Of a DNA stretch of 64,000 nt, positions 63,490 through 64,000 are shown piece after piece. The notes under the pieces are model-generated. The model made no database searches, was not told where the DNA came from, and was given only the letters and a program-made list of their open reading frames with translations. Position 1 is the first letter of the stretch, and the number at the start of each line of letters is the position of its first letter. Origin of the DNA: Microbotryum violaceum (Eukaryota). The stretch is from positions 124,001-188,000 of the forward strand of contig CDLV01000019.1 of NCBI GenBank assembly GCA_001244265.2, read 5' to 3'. Both the position numbers and the translations under genes were made by a program.

Positions 63490-63613
63490 CACTATCCGAT
63501 GATGCAGCGGTGGAGAACAACCGATGACTGAAGGTTGAACAAGGCTTGGGATTAGCTTGATCCACGAGTGTACTCGAGGGGTCAGACACGTTGGAGGGCC
63601 ATTGCCCCAAAGG

Positions 63614-63646
63614 AGGACCCCAAAAGCCCAGCCTGAGGCGCGTAGG
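63614..63646 (-). mobile_element. Isolated right-type TIR of the P-like family
   Basis: AGGACCCCAAAAGCCCAGCCTGAGGCGCGTAGGT with no further homology beyond it. Confidence 0.85.
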
Positions 63647-64000
63647 TGCACATGCAAGAGACGGGGCACCGATCACTATCATGACGGACCATCTGGGAAC
63701 GGCGCGCCTCATCAAGGAGTGGCAGACGCACCCAGAGCGGGAGATATCGAGGAAAATACCCAGTCTCTCGTATCACTCGTGGCTCCGAAGGTTGGTGTTG
63801 GCCACGTCAATGCTTACTGTACACCAAGATAGTGGAGAAAAGGCTGACACAGGTACAATTTGGAAAATTAGCCGACACAACATGGAAGAAAATTCGCCTA
63901 TTACAGTTAACAGGGATGAAACTGGCAATCTACCCCTACAGAAAAGCGAGATCGTCGTATGCTGCACTGGTGCAATGGCAACTTCGAAGCTCATCACTGC

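Overview
Eukaryotic, intron-rich fungal DNA. It is most consistent with a Pucciniomycotina basidiomycete such as Microbotryum; this is inferred from gene style and a TCG->TTG hypermutation signature, not proven. Six recognisable host genes (CSN4, FEX-type fluoride exporter, CAC2, MYG1, LDB17, TSC10) sit as islands in a nested mass of transposable elements: L1/Tx1-like LINEs, Copia and chromoviral Gypsy fragments, solo LTRs with 5-bp TSDs, Helitron pieces, a deleted MULE and several MITEs. The most striking system is a DNA-transposon family with ~33-bp TIRs (AGGACCCC.GAAAGCCCAGCCTGAGGCGCGTAG). Its longest copy (41299-47669) encodes a Ulp1/C48-like protease domain upstream of a P-element-type DDE transposase. 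Seven TIR ends occur in the window. Four lie 125-260 bp upstream of host start codons, none of the paired ends share a TSD, and a probable 8-bp-TSD excision footprint survives in a Helitron. A tRNA-like cloverleaf with an atypical anticodon loop sits head-to-head with the 5' end of a LINE. Coordinates of degenerate fragments and exon boundaries are read by eye and are approximate.
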